A DNA stretch of 64,000 nucleotides from the human T2T-CHM13v2.0 reference genome, Homo sapiens. Below the pieces are notes generated by a model. The model made no database searches. It worked only from the letters and a program-made list of their open reading frames with translations, and was not told the origin of the DNA. The position numbers were made by a program, and so were the translations under genes. Shown here piece by piece: positions 1 to 13,667 of this stretch (position 1 is its first letter; every line of letters begins with the position of its first letter). The stretch lies in the NCBI RefSeq assembly GCF_009914755.1, contig NC_060932.1; one strand, 5' to 3'.

Positions 1-2869
1 AAGAGGAAGCTGTGCAATGTCAGGGGAGGTAGAATAAAACTCACAACACGTCTGTTTTGTTTCTACTGTGTCAAAATCCTTTCATCGTATCAACCAAAAA
101 TTTAAGTGTTCATTTAGGTAAGAAAAAAACGGAAAAAATAAAATAGAGTTTTACCAAGTATGCCAATATATATTGTTTCTATAGGCCATGGGCGAGTGGG
201 GTACCAATTCAATCCATTCAACAGGAAAAAAGTTACAACAAATATGACTTACCAAGAAAACAAGTGACTCTTTTCCACTTGCTGATGGGAATATCTTTAA
301 GGAGTGGTTTGGGTTGCTGTAGACCCTGGCTATAACCTCTCATATCCTATTCGGTGACAAAATTAAACTATGTGCTAGTGTTTAATAGATTGCAATTCGT
401 TACTCCGTTTTATAAATTCTTAGTGACCAATACAATTCAAAACTCATTATTTGTCATTACGTTAATGTCCAATAATATGATATTATTTATACAGTATCTT
501 AAGCCAGCACAACTTTTTTTTACATATTACTTAAATACATTCTATCTGCGTATTGAAGAATAAATTCTACTCATCAACTGTTACTGCATTATGTTATTTT
601 AAGAATTCAAGTTATATGCCAGTAGATGATACAGAAGAGACAGAGACTTAAATAAGTTTTTGTATAATGCTAAGAAGAGAAAGGCAATCTAGATTTTGTA
701 GTCTCTACATTACATCGTAAACCAGAGCAAGGCGTGGCTTTGTTAAGTGGGGACATTAGATTCTAAACATAAGTCTAATTTTTATAATATGCTTAGTTTT
801 AAATTATCCCGGGCTACTTTCTTTTAGCTCTGTACTGGAAAAACAGACTTCAGTTTATAAAACAAGAAAATTAAAGAAAATTTGGTTTTATTAGTTGGAA
901 ATATTTAGAAATGGATTATTGGTTAAATGAAGCAAACGAATAAGTAAATAAATATTGCCCATATATATGTGTATATCCTCTGCCTTCTGATATTTGAGGG
1001 AGGAATGCCCAGCGTGCATTGCTATATTGCAAATGGAATGATTAAAACGCACACATGAACGGAGAGCATCGGGGTGCTTAGATGACTTGCCCGTTTTAGG
1101 CCAAAAATAAAATGTTCACTTTGTATTTTTCCAAGACACCTGTCATCTTTGACAGGGTCCATTAGATTTATAATTATTTGTTGCAATTTCTGTGTCACAC
1201 CTGCCATTTTTTTGCAGTCAAGTACTAGCAATTCAGGCCACACAGTGACTGGGTGATGGTCACAGAAGGACCGCATGGGTGTAGAAAGTGTAAGTGAGAG
1301 CCGACCAAAATCCAAATGCTTGCCTGCTCACTCCCATTACAGAAGGACAATAAAACAGGTCTTTATGCCTCTGTTCTTTTAAATCCAAGGGTGAGCATGG
1401 CTCACAAATCATATCCTAGTTCTTTGAATGGCTAATAACGACAGTGTCTGGAATGAAATTTTTTTTATGAAAAATTTTTATGAAAATTGTCAAATTATAC
1501 AGACAGGAAAGACTGAGAAAAACGAAATGGAATAGATTTTATTATATAGTCCTTGAAAACCTCTCTGACTTTCATGTAAATTTAGTTCATCGTTGGAAGC
1601 GGGGGGAAGTGAAATGAAAACTGCATAATAAATATTTATATTTTCTATTAATCAAAAGTTGTGGCAGGACAGAAATGACAGTGTGGTTTATTTGTCTAAG
1701 TTTTAACATAACAGCTAGATACATTATTTACAGTTTAATAAGATTAGATTTAGAGATAATGAATTTTATTCTGAGATTACAGTTATAAAATTATTTTTAA
1801 TATTACGGTAATGATATCTACTTAAAAATAGAAAAGTGAGAGTTTTATGCTAAACACAATCGACTCCTTTGGGGACAGCTTGATCATTTAAAATGTAGCC
1901 CTATCCTGTGATTTAAGTGTGATCTGTTACATAAATCTGAAATGGTAATTTGGTTATACACGTATCAATAGGCAAATTGAGCTAAAACCTTTCTCTCAAC
2001 TGCATTTATATGTGTGGGTATATGTCCTATCGGAAGAAACATCATTTGAAGCAAATACTTCAGAGAAGTTTTGGTTGAAATTGTAAGGTATTGCCATCCA
2101 TGCATTATAAGCAAAACATAACATTATTGATAACATAAATTCTTACCTTTAAAATTGAAGTGGCATACACTAACAAAGAAGTGAGCCACTCAAAATAAAG
2201 ATGAAATATACTGAGGAATTATTTGGAAGGATATAAACATACTTCTCCCAGGAAGTATTTTAGGTAATTGAGAATTAAATGTAGATACGCATGTCCATAG
2301 TCAATTAAAGAGAAGAAATCCCAATATGTTAGATCTCATTGTCTCACAAAATAAGAAGCAAATGAGCGTATCTATATCACTCTTTCTTGTCATGGTGATC
2401 TGGACACTGAAAGTCAATATTTTTTCTTCTAGAAGTTACCTGTGGTTACATAACATATAGGGTTTTGTCTGTAGTTTTGCAAAAATATAAGATGACCATG
2501 TCTTGAACAACTCTCATTAAAATGTGTATAGTTAAAAATTTCTAATCATATCTCACTGGACCTTTTTCTTGTGGGAAAAGAAAAAGCTAGAATGCACTAT
2601 AACTTCATCTTCCAAGAGGATACAAGCACAGAATATAGAGGGCCTCACACAGTGTAACAAATAAGCAGGTCTTGCAGATAGCTTTTTCTCTGGTTTCAGA
2701 CATACCTGGGGACAAGCCTTTCAGCTGCTCTGTCCCTAGAGTTTACCCATCACCAGAGTCTTGTTCACAGTAGGCCTTTAAGAAATAGTTGTTAAATAAA
2801 TGGGTCTTATTTTTAGTCTAAGTAGGATGTCTGTTGCTTTAATCTATTCTCTTCTCTCTTCCTCAAAAT

Positions 2870-3823
2870 ACGACGTTTTTGCATTTCCTCCTCCATCTCT
2901 GGTAGTTCCTTCTGCTTCCACTGCAGACTCACCTTCCACCTTCCCATGCCTGGCTTTTGTGTCTTCTTCACACTCTAGTTTTCTTAAAGACATACCTCAC
3001 CACATTCAAGTCCCAAAGTGACAGGGGTATGAAGACACGGGTTGGGTGCCTCTATCTCCAACCTCCCTTCGAGCTTCACCTGCCAGTGTCACCTTCTTTC
3101 GCACTTTGAATCAGTATATGCAACTCATCCACCTCCTATGTCCTTAGGCTCCATGAATAGCTACACCATTTGTCAACTTTCATGGCAGAAATGTTGGAGC
3201 AACCCTTGACGAACCTCCTTCCGCACGCCTCTGCACCATATCTATCACCAATTTCTGGAGATGCAGCCTCCTAAATAACATTCAGTTTATCCAGTCCTCC
3301 TACCCTTCCCCTTCACCCTGGCCCAGGCTGTCATCACTTCTGGTCTGCCAGTCTCTGATTTCTACACAATCCAGATGCTGATGTGCATGCTTCTCCCAGT
3401 GCCACCTTTCTGGCCTCTTCTGATTTCCAGCATCTCTGGTTCCAGATTCGTGCCCCTAGGCTGTTCATCCAGCTCCTGTACTCGCCCTACTCTCTGCTGT
3501 CCAAGGAGCTTTGCAAATGTTGCTGGGGGCTTAGAAAATCTGCTTCTCTCTTCCACTCACGGAGTTAACTTATCCTTTCATTTTCAGCTCAGAATCACAT
3601 TCTCTCAACAGAATTCACTGACTTTTCTATCTAGGCCAAACTATGACACATGAATTCTCACGGCTCTAATTTCTGTCCTTATGTAATGCACACTTCCTTC
3701 AGTCGAGCACAGTCACCGTAAGGGCAGGTGCACCACTAGTTACTTCTCTCCCTTGCATCCTAAGTGCCCAGCACAGTGCGGCCACATGGCAAGTCTTAAT
3801 AAATATATTTGAATGAATTAATG
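2870..3823 (+). mobile_element. L2 LINE 3' region (degraded)
   Basis: Pyrimidine-rich L2-like body ending in the typical L2 terminus cccagcacagtg...aataaatatatttgaatgaattaatg; start approximate. Confidence 0.7.
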
Positions 3824-4979
3824 ATTCACCATACTATTTGAAAGTAAAGAATGCCGATGTTCAACAAATTAAACTATTGTCAAAAGGAGATTACACAGAG
3901 TTGAAGCAATTCAACTTATTATTTTGGGCAACAGTATACCCTCGTCAGTATTACACAGCAATTGCATGTTCAAAGTGTCATCTGGGCTAAGAAAGATTTT
4001 CTTAAACCAAAAGTTAGTATAGATCAACCTCTTTTATTTTGTAGAAACAACTATATTTCAGACGCTTCCTCAAAAGTTGTCTTTTTAACCTCTAGAAAAC
4101 AAAACTACATTGTTAAGTTTGTGATAATTTTTTATTCCGCTTGTGTCATCTGAACACAAAATTTCAGGTATAATGGTATTAGAAGTGTAGTTATCTATAG
4201 AAGACTATTGCAGTTAGGATTTCTACACTTGAAAGCAGCTCATTGCTTCTTCCATTATTCAAGTTTTCATACAATTTAATACATAGTTGAGAATTATTTC
4301 AAAACAAAGCTACATCAATTATGTTTTTCCATCTTTGTGAGCTTAAAATTACCTCTGTAAGAATTCATATGATCTCCCCACCAAAAAAGTGAAAGAAAAT
4401 GTCAGATGTTTCTTTACGTTTCCGGACACTTCTATTAGCCTTTCTCCCCATACTTCATTTTTAATTTAAAACTAGAAAGTTTGCAAGGCTCTTTGTAGCT
4501 TTAAAAAATCCAACTGGCAGTATGCATACTAGCATATTAGCATAGAGCATAGAGGATGCTGAATCATATTAGCATAGAGGACGGTAAGTAAATGATAGGG
4601 AGAGGTGCCTTCCTTGGAGGGAGGCACAATTGTGATTACATATTCTCAAAGAAATAAGATAAATCTGAGTGAGTAGCATCATGATGATGACATATATATA
4701 CACTTCCCACCAGCCAAAAGGACACTTCCATTTACCCTAAATACGTTAAAAAGATTGTCAGTCAGATATTGATCTTCACAACCAGAGGTCAAATACCAAA
4801 GCCATAATGTCAACCTCAAACATCATTTAAGAGGCTGTAAGGAAATGCAGCTATGATGCAAACATACTGTGGCTTTGGCTATATGGACTTACATTAAAGA
4901 ATATATATGTGTATATTTGTTGATTTTCATCTTTTCTTCCAAATAACTATATATCAATGAAGTTTGTTAAAAAGAAAAA

Positions 4980-5285
4980 TGCCTGTCAACCCAGCTTTTT
5001 GGGAGAACAAGATGGAAGGATCACTTGAAGCCAAGAGTTTGAAACTCACCTGGGCAACTTAGCAAGACTCCATCCATTAAAAAGACAAAACATCTCGCTC
5101 TATCTATTAAAAAAAAATAAAAATCCTGGCATGATGGCACACGCCTCTAGTCCCAGCCACTCAGGAGACCGAGGCAGAAGGATTGATTGAGCCCAGGAGT
5201 TGAAGACTGCAGTGACCCATGATTGTGCCACTTAGCAACAGAACAAGAACCCATCTCTAAAGAGGAGAAAAAAAAAAAAAGAAAG
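4980..5285 (+). mobile_element. AluJ, rearranged
   Basis: gcctgtcaacccagc...ggatcacttgaagccaagagttt left arm; J-type right arm ttgagcccaggagttgaagactgcagtga; A tail. Confidence 0.9.
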
Positions 5286-5494
5286 GAAACTACTCTATAA
5301 TCTTTTCAGGAATAAATGAAAAATATAATGTGGTTTGCAAAGCAAATGTCAACTTTACATCAAATTTTACATGAAACATTCAAGACATTTTCTTCTTAGA
5401 ATTAGAAAATATTATGCTGTGGCTAATAACATCCTTTGACCATTGTAATATTTTGATTATCTATTTAACTCTTTATAACTTTTATGGCATATAC

Positions 5495-5940
5495 TTTAAT
5501 CATTTACTTTTGAATAGGTGATATATGCACATGATACAAAATTCTACATATATCAAAATATATAAATGGAAAATGTGTCTCCCTCTGGCCTCTGTAGCTT
5601 ATCTGCCCAGGCAGTAAACACGGTTACCAGGTTCATGTGTATCCTCTTCACAAAATATACATACATACACATATTTTTATTTTTATCATTTATGTTTTTT
5701 CTATACATACATATGTACTGCATGTATATTTTTACACAAGCAATATGCAACCTAAACTTATTTAGCACATTTCATTTTATATATAATAATAAACTTTGAA
5801 TACTAAACTAAATAATAATAATAAATAAATGATAAATAATATTAATAATAAATAAATAAATAATAAACTAAATAATAAACTTTGAATACTGTCATGTATT
5901 AGATATACGCAGCCATACACTGTTCCACTGATATGAACTT
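5495..5940 (-). mobile_element. old L1ME-type 3' end fragment
   Basis: tttacttttgaataggtgatatatgcacatgatacaaaattc... resembles the antisense L1ME 3' UTR. Confidence 0.55.
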
Positions 5941-7189
5941 ACCTTTGCTCTATCTTTGTACTCTTATTTAATCTTGAACAGTTTGTAATGCAATCTTCCC
6001 ACAGGAACATTTGTTATTTAGTTTTAAAACAGTGCTTCTCTCTGACCAACCCTGCACTTACAGCCAGACTTAGTGTGTCATCTTCATTCCCTGGAGTGAA
6101 TTACAGCTGACCTTTCTGATTTCCATTTAGCAATTGCTTTATGGATAAAATTACCATCTTTGATAAGTAGCTCTTAAATATACCCCTGTGGTTTTAATTC
6201 AGGAAGCTTCATGTCTTTAAAACGAAGTCCAAGCAGTTGAGTGACTTTTTTTACCCTTGAGAATGATACCGTGCTAAGGCATACACCAATTGTACAAATG
6301 TATATCTTTAATGTTTTATGAGCTATGTTGTTTAAAACTGCAAAAAATACTGAAACAGGAGATATATTTAGCAGCATGTGGTCTCTCTGGTGGCAATTTA
6401 AAATACCTGTAAATGTCAACTTGTTACATGATAAAACATTATGAAGTAAACTTGGATTAGAAACTCCTTTCTTTGAAGCAAGTTATTCAGGACTAAATGT
6501 TTATACCAAAGGTTGTAATAAGGTCCCACAACTCTAAAGAGCAACACAGATGCAGCAGTCAGAGCTCCACAATGGAAAGGTGAGAGGAGAAGGACCTGGA
6601 GTCTTCTTAGCAGCAGGACCTACTGTTAGCCTGGCTCTTCAAACTCAAATGGCCAAGAAGTACTTCCCATCCCTTGATTTAACCACATCAGCCGCATGGA
6701 TGCCTTCAACGCCGATAATGCATTTATTGACATTGAAGACTATATTTCCTTGAGCCTATTACGGAATTTGCTATTATAATTTAAATAAATCTTCTCATAA
6801 AGGGTAAAATCATATGGCTTCATTTTGTATTTATTTCTTTTATTTTAATACTTTTTTTGGAGGACTGGCATTAGTGTAAGATTTGAGAAAGGACTTACCA
6901 TGGAAAAGAACCAGGATAGGATAGGCTCGAATTCCAATGTATGTTAGAATCATTTCTGGAGTCAGAGGAAGTCAGGGCAGGTGTTCTACCTTCTTCAAAT
7001 CTCTGAACTCTGGTCATAACATGATGACCAACCATCACCTAAAATTAGGCATCATAGAAAGCTCCAACTCCTCATTATTCCTTAACTGTGGATTTTAGGA
7101 ACAATGAAAGTACAGTAAATGTATTTCCCATTAAAAAATCAATAATTTATTACATCTATGAGTATTTATGCCTACAGCATGCAAGAAGG

Positions 7190-7360
7190 TTGGGTTTTAA
7201 ATTTCTCTTTCACAGTAGTCAGGCAAAGAACAAACAACTTATATCTCACAAATAAAACTAGCTATTTGAAGAGGTAAGAGACATGTTCAAAGTCAAACAG
7301 CTGGTAGGGCTCAATCGTCCTGACTCAGAGCCTACTACCCTTTCCAGGTCCTACACTGCC
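7190..7360 (-). mobile_element. MIR fragment
   Basis: gaggtaagagacatgttcaaagtcaaacagctggtag...cctgactcagagcc matches the antisense MIR core. Confidence 0.6.
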
Positions 7361-8362
7361 CTCTCTGTGGACACATGGAGCCACAGAATATCATTAAACA
7401 CATATAGTGAATATCATTAAACACATATATGAGTGAGCCAGGGAGCGCCCAACCATCCAAGTCAACCAGAAGTTCAAGAGTGTTGTGAGCCTGTCCTTGT
7501 TAAGTACTGGGGAAAACTAAAATGGAAGAAAGTAACACAGGTAAATGTGATCTTAAAGCAAAATTAAAAAAACAAAAACACCTTTAATATGTAAAAACTT
7601 CAGTAGTTATTTTGGACAGTTATAATAACATGAAACAGAAAGTCTGGCATGAAGATCCCTATCAGCAATGATCTGTAAATTACTACCTTTCGGGACTGTA
7701 TTCATTTATTTTCCAATGAAAAAGAGCCTGCAAGCACTTCTGTAGAATACTGTCCAGGGCCTCTTTGGGACAAGGGACCATGCCGCCGCTTCAACCAACA
7801 TAGTACAATTTGCAAAGGTATTACTCACTCTAAGGTAGTGTGACAGTAGAAATTAAAAATAGCTGGGACCTTCTGAAGCTCTCAAACATTTCTCTGCCAG
7901 CATAGGATCGTTCCCTGTGGTGTATTTTTAGTGCTCTATATACTCAACTTTTAAATGTCATAAGGAATGAAATCCTGGGAGTACTATTCGAACACATCTC
8001 TGAAAAAAAAAGTTATATTTGATATCTCATCTGTGATTTTCATACAGGCATTATCTCTCCTCCAAGTGACACATTAACCAGCTATTTTCAGTCATTTGCT
8101 GAAGTTTAGGGTGCCCAGAGTCTAATGGATAACTCGCTGTGTCAAGTAATATCATAAAGGCTACCATTTCTTCTCATTAGACTCTTAGATAGATTTATAA
8201 AATATATATATTTACACAGTGTATATTTATAGATTTATAAAATATATATACATGTACACATAGTAAAAGACTCTCACTTTCTGCTTTAGGCATTCTAAAA
8301 CAGGACACACATTATTTCCATCTATTCCCTATCATCACTAACTCTCTAAAGAAAAAGAAATC

Positions 8363-8728
<366 letters not shown>

Positions 8729-9400
8729 TCAGAGCCACTCTTTCCTTTCACCAGTCCCAGTTTCCCAAACCCCCATTCATTCTTCCTGCCTTCAAATACT
8801 TTCGGCAACACCACTTTTGGCAGGAAGTCTGATCCGATAAATTAAAATAGAAAGCATATTAAAAAATATACTGTAAGAAACTTTCAGACCCTCTCACCTC
8901 TGGAGCTGACCAATAATCAAATTATCCTTGTATGATATATGGTAGGTTTCTAGATGCTACCTGCCCTCTTCGCTTCAAAGGAAGTTTCCTGTGAGAACCC
9001 TTGAGTCTAGAAAATCACCCTTTCACTAGCAGAAGAAACTATTTGCTGTCTAAATTCTGAAGATGACAGTTCCTGAACTCTTTTCCAAGTAAATATTAAC
9101 AAAACAAATACATTATTCAGTTAACACTCTTTATATGCTTTATTAAGTATTATTTTCCTTTAAAACACATTCTTGCATACAACTTATGTTATTGTCGGTA
9201 GAACACTGAGTTGTCAAAGGGATGAATAGAGGTGGTCTGGCCCCAGCAACTTAAAGGACCAAGGACTGTGTTCATTAAGTTTTTTGTAGCAAAGGAATAC
9301 ATCCTCTTACATGATTTCACACACTTTGCTTTTTCAGTTTTTATTCTAAATATTTTAAATAAGTTTGTCTTTTCAAGGTAGCTATTACATTTTGAGGTGC

Positions 9401-9684
9401 TTTTTTTTTTCCTCCCACTCTGTCGACCAGGTTGGAGTGCAGTGGCACAATCTCAGCTGTGCAACCTCCAACTCCGGGGTTCAAGCAATTCTCCTGCCTC
9501 AGTCTCCCGAATAGCTGGGACTACAGGCGCATGCCACCATGTCCAGCTAATTTTTGTATTTTTTTTAGTAGAGACGGGGTTTCACCATGCTGGCCAAGTT
9601 GGTCTCCAACTCTTGACCTCGTGATCTGCCTGCCTCGGCCTCCCATAGAGCTGAGATTACAGGCGTGAGCCGCTGCCCTCGGCC
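9401..9684 (-). mobile_element. AluS (Sc-like)
   Basis: Antisense dimeric Alu with tcttgacctcgtgatc. Confidence 0.93.
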
Positions 9685-10169
9685 TTGAGTTTCTTTTTTC
9701 AAAGTACGTTTAGTTTCACAACGTGAGTAAATGTGGAAACTGACTATATTAGTAGGTATTTTCCTATTAGTCTTTCCTAAATGACTTGCCTACTAAATAT
9801 AGTACAATTGTACTTATTCAAGACTTAATTCATCTATATGTCTTAAAGTGCCATCATAATGTTTGCATTCAACATAACAGTGAGAGAATGTTCTATTTTC
9901 TGTTTGGTATGTAACAAGCCACAGTTAAGATAATTGCTGCTTTCTGTGTGTGCAAGAGTTAGGGAATAATGATGAAATATTCTTACTTAAATCACTTTCC
10001 CTGTCCTTCTATTTTTTCCACAACTTTTACTCTCTTTGAAATCTTCCTAGTGAAAAGCTACTTCTCTAATTTTAAGAATAAATTATTCTCCATTTTGTGA
10101 TGTACCTTCTGCATTGATTTCTACTATAAAAGCCAAAAGAACTCTCTCGCTATTAACCTTCAGACAAAA

Positions 10170-10343
10170 TGGCAAAAAGCTTGGGCTCCTAAATGAGAAG
10201 GTCCCTTGTTAAAATCCCTCAAGTATGAATTACTGCAAATAGGACATTGGGCAAAATACATAAATATCCTAAACCTCAGCATCTGTACCTTTAAAATAAA
10301 TATAAAAATCCTAACCTCATAACATCTTACTAGAATTAAATGG
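10170..10343 (+). mobile_element. MIR
   Basis: ttgggcaaaatacataaatatcctaaacctcagcatctgtacctttaaaataaa...aacctcataacatcttactagaattaaatg, MIR core and tail. Confidence 0.65.
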
Positions 10344-10361
10344 AAAAAAAATTTTAAATTA

Positions 10362-10691
10362 TTTTTGGTTTGTGTTTCTTTTTGTTGTTGTTTTATTGGT
10401 TTTTTGAGACAGGTTTTCACTCTGTTACCCAAGCTGAAGTGCAGTGGCAAAAACATGGCTCACTGCAGCCTCAATTTTCCAGGCTCTAATGATCCTCCTA
10501 GTCAACTACTAGAGTAGCTGGGACCACAGGCACATGCCACTATCCCCGGCAATTTTTTTTTTTCATTTTTTGTAGAGATGGGGTCTTGCTTTGTTTCCCA
10601 GGCTGCTCCGAAACCCCTGGGCTCAAGCAATCCTCTTTCCTCAGCCTCCCAAAGTGCTGGGATTACAGACAATAGCCATCTCACTTTGGCC
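10362..10691 (-). mobile_element. AluJ
   Basis: ggctcactgcagcctcaa, gggctcaagcaatcctc and gagatggggtcttgct are J-type. Confidence 0.93.
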
Positions 10692-10889
10692 ATTGTTTAT
10701 TAATTATATCCTGCAGCCATAACAAAAAATTGTGTTTCTTTTTGTGAGTTAAAATCATTTGATAGAAAATAAAAGTAAGGTTATGACTCAGATATAGGCA
10801 TAGATATTCTAATACACCATCTGGGAATTATTACTTTTAAAATAATTACTTTTCTTCTGTGGAATGTACAATAGTTTTCCATTAATTTA

Positions 10890-12786
10890 AGGTGGTTTTC
10901 TTTCTCCATGGAAGTCGTCCATGTCCTTCACTTTTGCAGTATAATTTTGCTGGGTACAGAATTCTAGGTAGTTGTATTTTTCCTTTCAAAACTTTAAATA
11001 TTTTGCTCCATTCTCTTCTTGTTTGCAGTTTCTGATAAGAAATTTGCTGCAGTGTTTATACTTGCTATTCTGTAGGGTAAAGTATTCCTTCCTGAATTCT
11101 TTCAAGGTTTCCTTTATCTCTGGTTTTGTGCAGTATGCATATGATATAGGTAGGTGTAGATAATTTGGGATTTATAATTCTTGATGTTCTCTGACCTTCT
11201 TGGTTCTGTAGTTTAGTGTCTATCATTAATTTTGGAAAGCTCCCAGTATATTCCTCAAATCTATGTTTCTCTGCTCTCCTTTTCTTCTTTTAGTATTCCA
11301 ATGAATTTTACGGTGTACCTTTTGAAACCATTCCATAGTTCTTGGATGTTCTCTTCTGTTTTTTTTTCTTTGTTTTGTGTTTCTTTTTTCTCTTTCCATT
11401 TCAATGTAGAGAGTTTTTATTCAACAGCAGTCAAGCTCCTTGAGTCTTTTCTAGGCTATATTCAGTCTAGCAATGAGTCCACCAGACTCTTTTCTAGGCT
11501 GTATTCAGTCTAGCAATGAGTCCATCAGAGGTATTCTTCATTTCTGTCACCATGTTTTTTATTTTCATTTCTAGTAATTCCTTTTGATGCTTAGAGTTTT
11601 CATGTTTCTGCTTGCATAGCTTATCTGCTCTTACATGTTGTCTACTTTTCCCATTAGCACTCTAAGCATACTAATCATACTCACCTAAAATATCTGATAA
11701 ATCATAATTGTTCTAAATTCCCTGACTGGCAATGTCAACATATCTCTCAAATCTCAGTCATTCCACTGCATTGCCTCTTCCGAACGTGTTTTCCTTGCCT
11801 TTAGCATGCCCCGTGCTTTTTCTCATTTTCTTTTTGGTAAAAGGCTGACATGTATTGGTTAATAAAAAATGTGATAAGCAGGACTTTAGCATGAAGATTT
11901 GTGTTAATCGGACTAGGAGTTGGATTATGTTTAATGCTTGCTGTAGGTGTAGGTGTCAGAGGATTTGATTTTCTTCTCAGAGAGGACTGTCCCTGGCAGG
12001 GCCTTCTGCTGTAATCCAGTCTTATAATGCAGGAGGCCTGTTGCTGTGGTAGTGAGGGATGGTAGAGTGTTTTATAACCTTCCTACTAGCTGTGAGTCTT
12101 TTAGTGATCCTGTGTTTCGGGGCTATGACTTTTCTGAGAATTTTCCCAGCAAAATACCTTTTACCTCCTTGCCTTCTACTACTTTTCCAGTTATAGAAAT
12201 CCCATTTTATTTCCTTGAAGCCATGACACCCACTAAGTATGAATTTTCCACTAGCAAGACAGGAAGGCTAAAGGGGTCTGTCTGACATGGAAGTAACACC
12301 CTTCCCTGATAACCTTCTAGCAGAGATTTTTCCCTAAAGAGAAAGCCTTCCTGATGTAGAAGGATCTAGGATACTTCACAATGTCCATTTTTCCTTGACC
12401 TGCCAGAGGTAAGAAGGGATATTCCTGGAATTTTCACCGTGAGCACTTCATGGGGTTCCTAGAAGTAAAGGCAATGAGTGTAGGGGCCTCCTAAGACTGC
12501 ACACCCCCGGATTTTCTCCTTCTCACACCACTGCTTCCAGCAGCTCACGAAAGTGACCATTTAAGTGATCTCACCTGTATATAGCTCCTATAGTCTCTGA
12601 TCAATGTACATTTGTTTTGGTTGTGACTCTGTGGACCCACCTGTCCTTCATTTCCAGGTGGCAATTTAACTGCAACCTCAGTTCTCTGATGGGTTCAGAG
12701 AAGTCATTGATTTGGGGTTTGCCCAGCTTTTTCTTGTTATGAGGATGGGAGTGAGCCCTTTACACGACTAGCTGAAACTGAAGTCT
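10890..12786 (-). mobile_element. old L1M (L1MD/L1MC-type) 5' UTR plus ORF1 remnant
   Basis: Antisense ORF1-region motif ttttgctgggtacagaattctagg...ttccattctcttcttg; ends at ...gctgaaactgaagtc, the reverse complement of the L1M 5' terminus gacttc(c)ggtttcagc. Confidence 0.75.
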
Positions 12787-13169
12787 TGTGGATGTTTTTA
12801 CTATATTATTTATCTTTTCTAAACTTTATCAATGATTGAAATGTTTCAGCATATATGAATAACCAATAGCATGTCAGATTCTTAACTCCCACTTTCTGTA
12901 ATTCACAAAACCAGACTTTACTTAGGACTGAATCTTAATTATTGTCTAAATTTTTATATCAGTTTTAATGTTATAATGTTGCAGAACATATATTTCAAAT
13001 TGTGTTTCATTATACACATACACACACTTGTTATACTGGACTAAATTATTATTCATCTTGGGAAATGTGACTATTTACACTTCCATTGTATTATCTCATC
13101 ACAGTGAACAGTCAACGCATATATCTTGATTTATACAACTTTATAAGCTTTTTCTGTCAATGTTGATGA

Positions 13170-13528
13170 TGTATCTTAGTCAATTTTGGCTGCTATAAAA
13201 AATACTATAAACTGGATTGCTTATAAACAATAGAAATTTATTTTTCACATTCGGGAGGCTGAGAAGTCCAGGATCAAGTTATTAGCGGGTTTGTCCTCTG
13301 ATGCAGGGTCTTGCCTGGTTTCTAGAAGGCACCTTCCCGCTGTGTTTTCCCATGGTAAAAACGACAAGGAATCTCTGAAGCTTTTTTATAGACGCTAATT
13401 CCATTCATGAAAGCTCCCTCCTCATAACCTAATCACTTCCCAAAGTCTGCTCCTCCAAATATTACCATTTTGGGGATTAGATTTTAACATATTAATTTTG
13501 AAGGGGGCACAAACATTCAGTCATAGAA
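13170..13528 (-). mobile_element. MaLR solo LTR (MLT1A/MSTD-like)
   Basis: tcttagtc...ggctgctataa...aaatttatttttcaca...ggaggctgagaagtccaggatcaag...cacaaacattcagtcatag. Confidence 0.85.
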
Positions 13529-13667
13529 ATGTGTTTTAAGATATTCTTTGTAAGTGTTAAAAAATAATAAAGCAGATAATTATATATTGTCTCACCCCAA
13601 CAAGGACCTTATAAGGTGGGAAAATATAGTCATCCAATTGATAAATGTCATTAGATAGTCATCAAAC

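Noticed and set aside
2147-2210. Possible minus-strand micro-exon (ttcctcag|...aaag|gtaaga) with one open frame IFHLYFEWLTSLLVYATSILK
   Set aside because: Weak pyrimidine tract, peptide not recognised and no partner exons found
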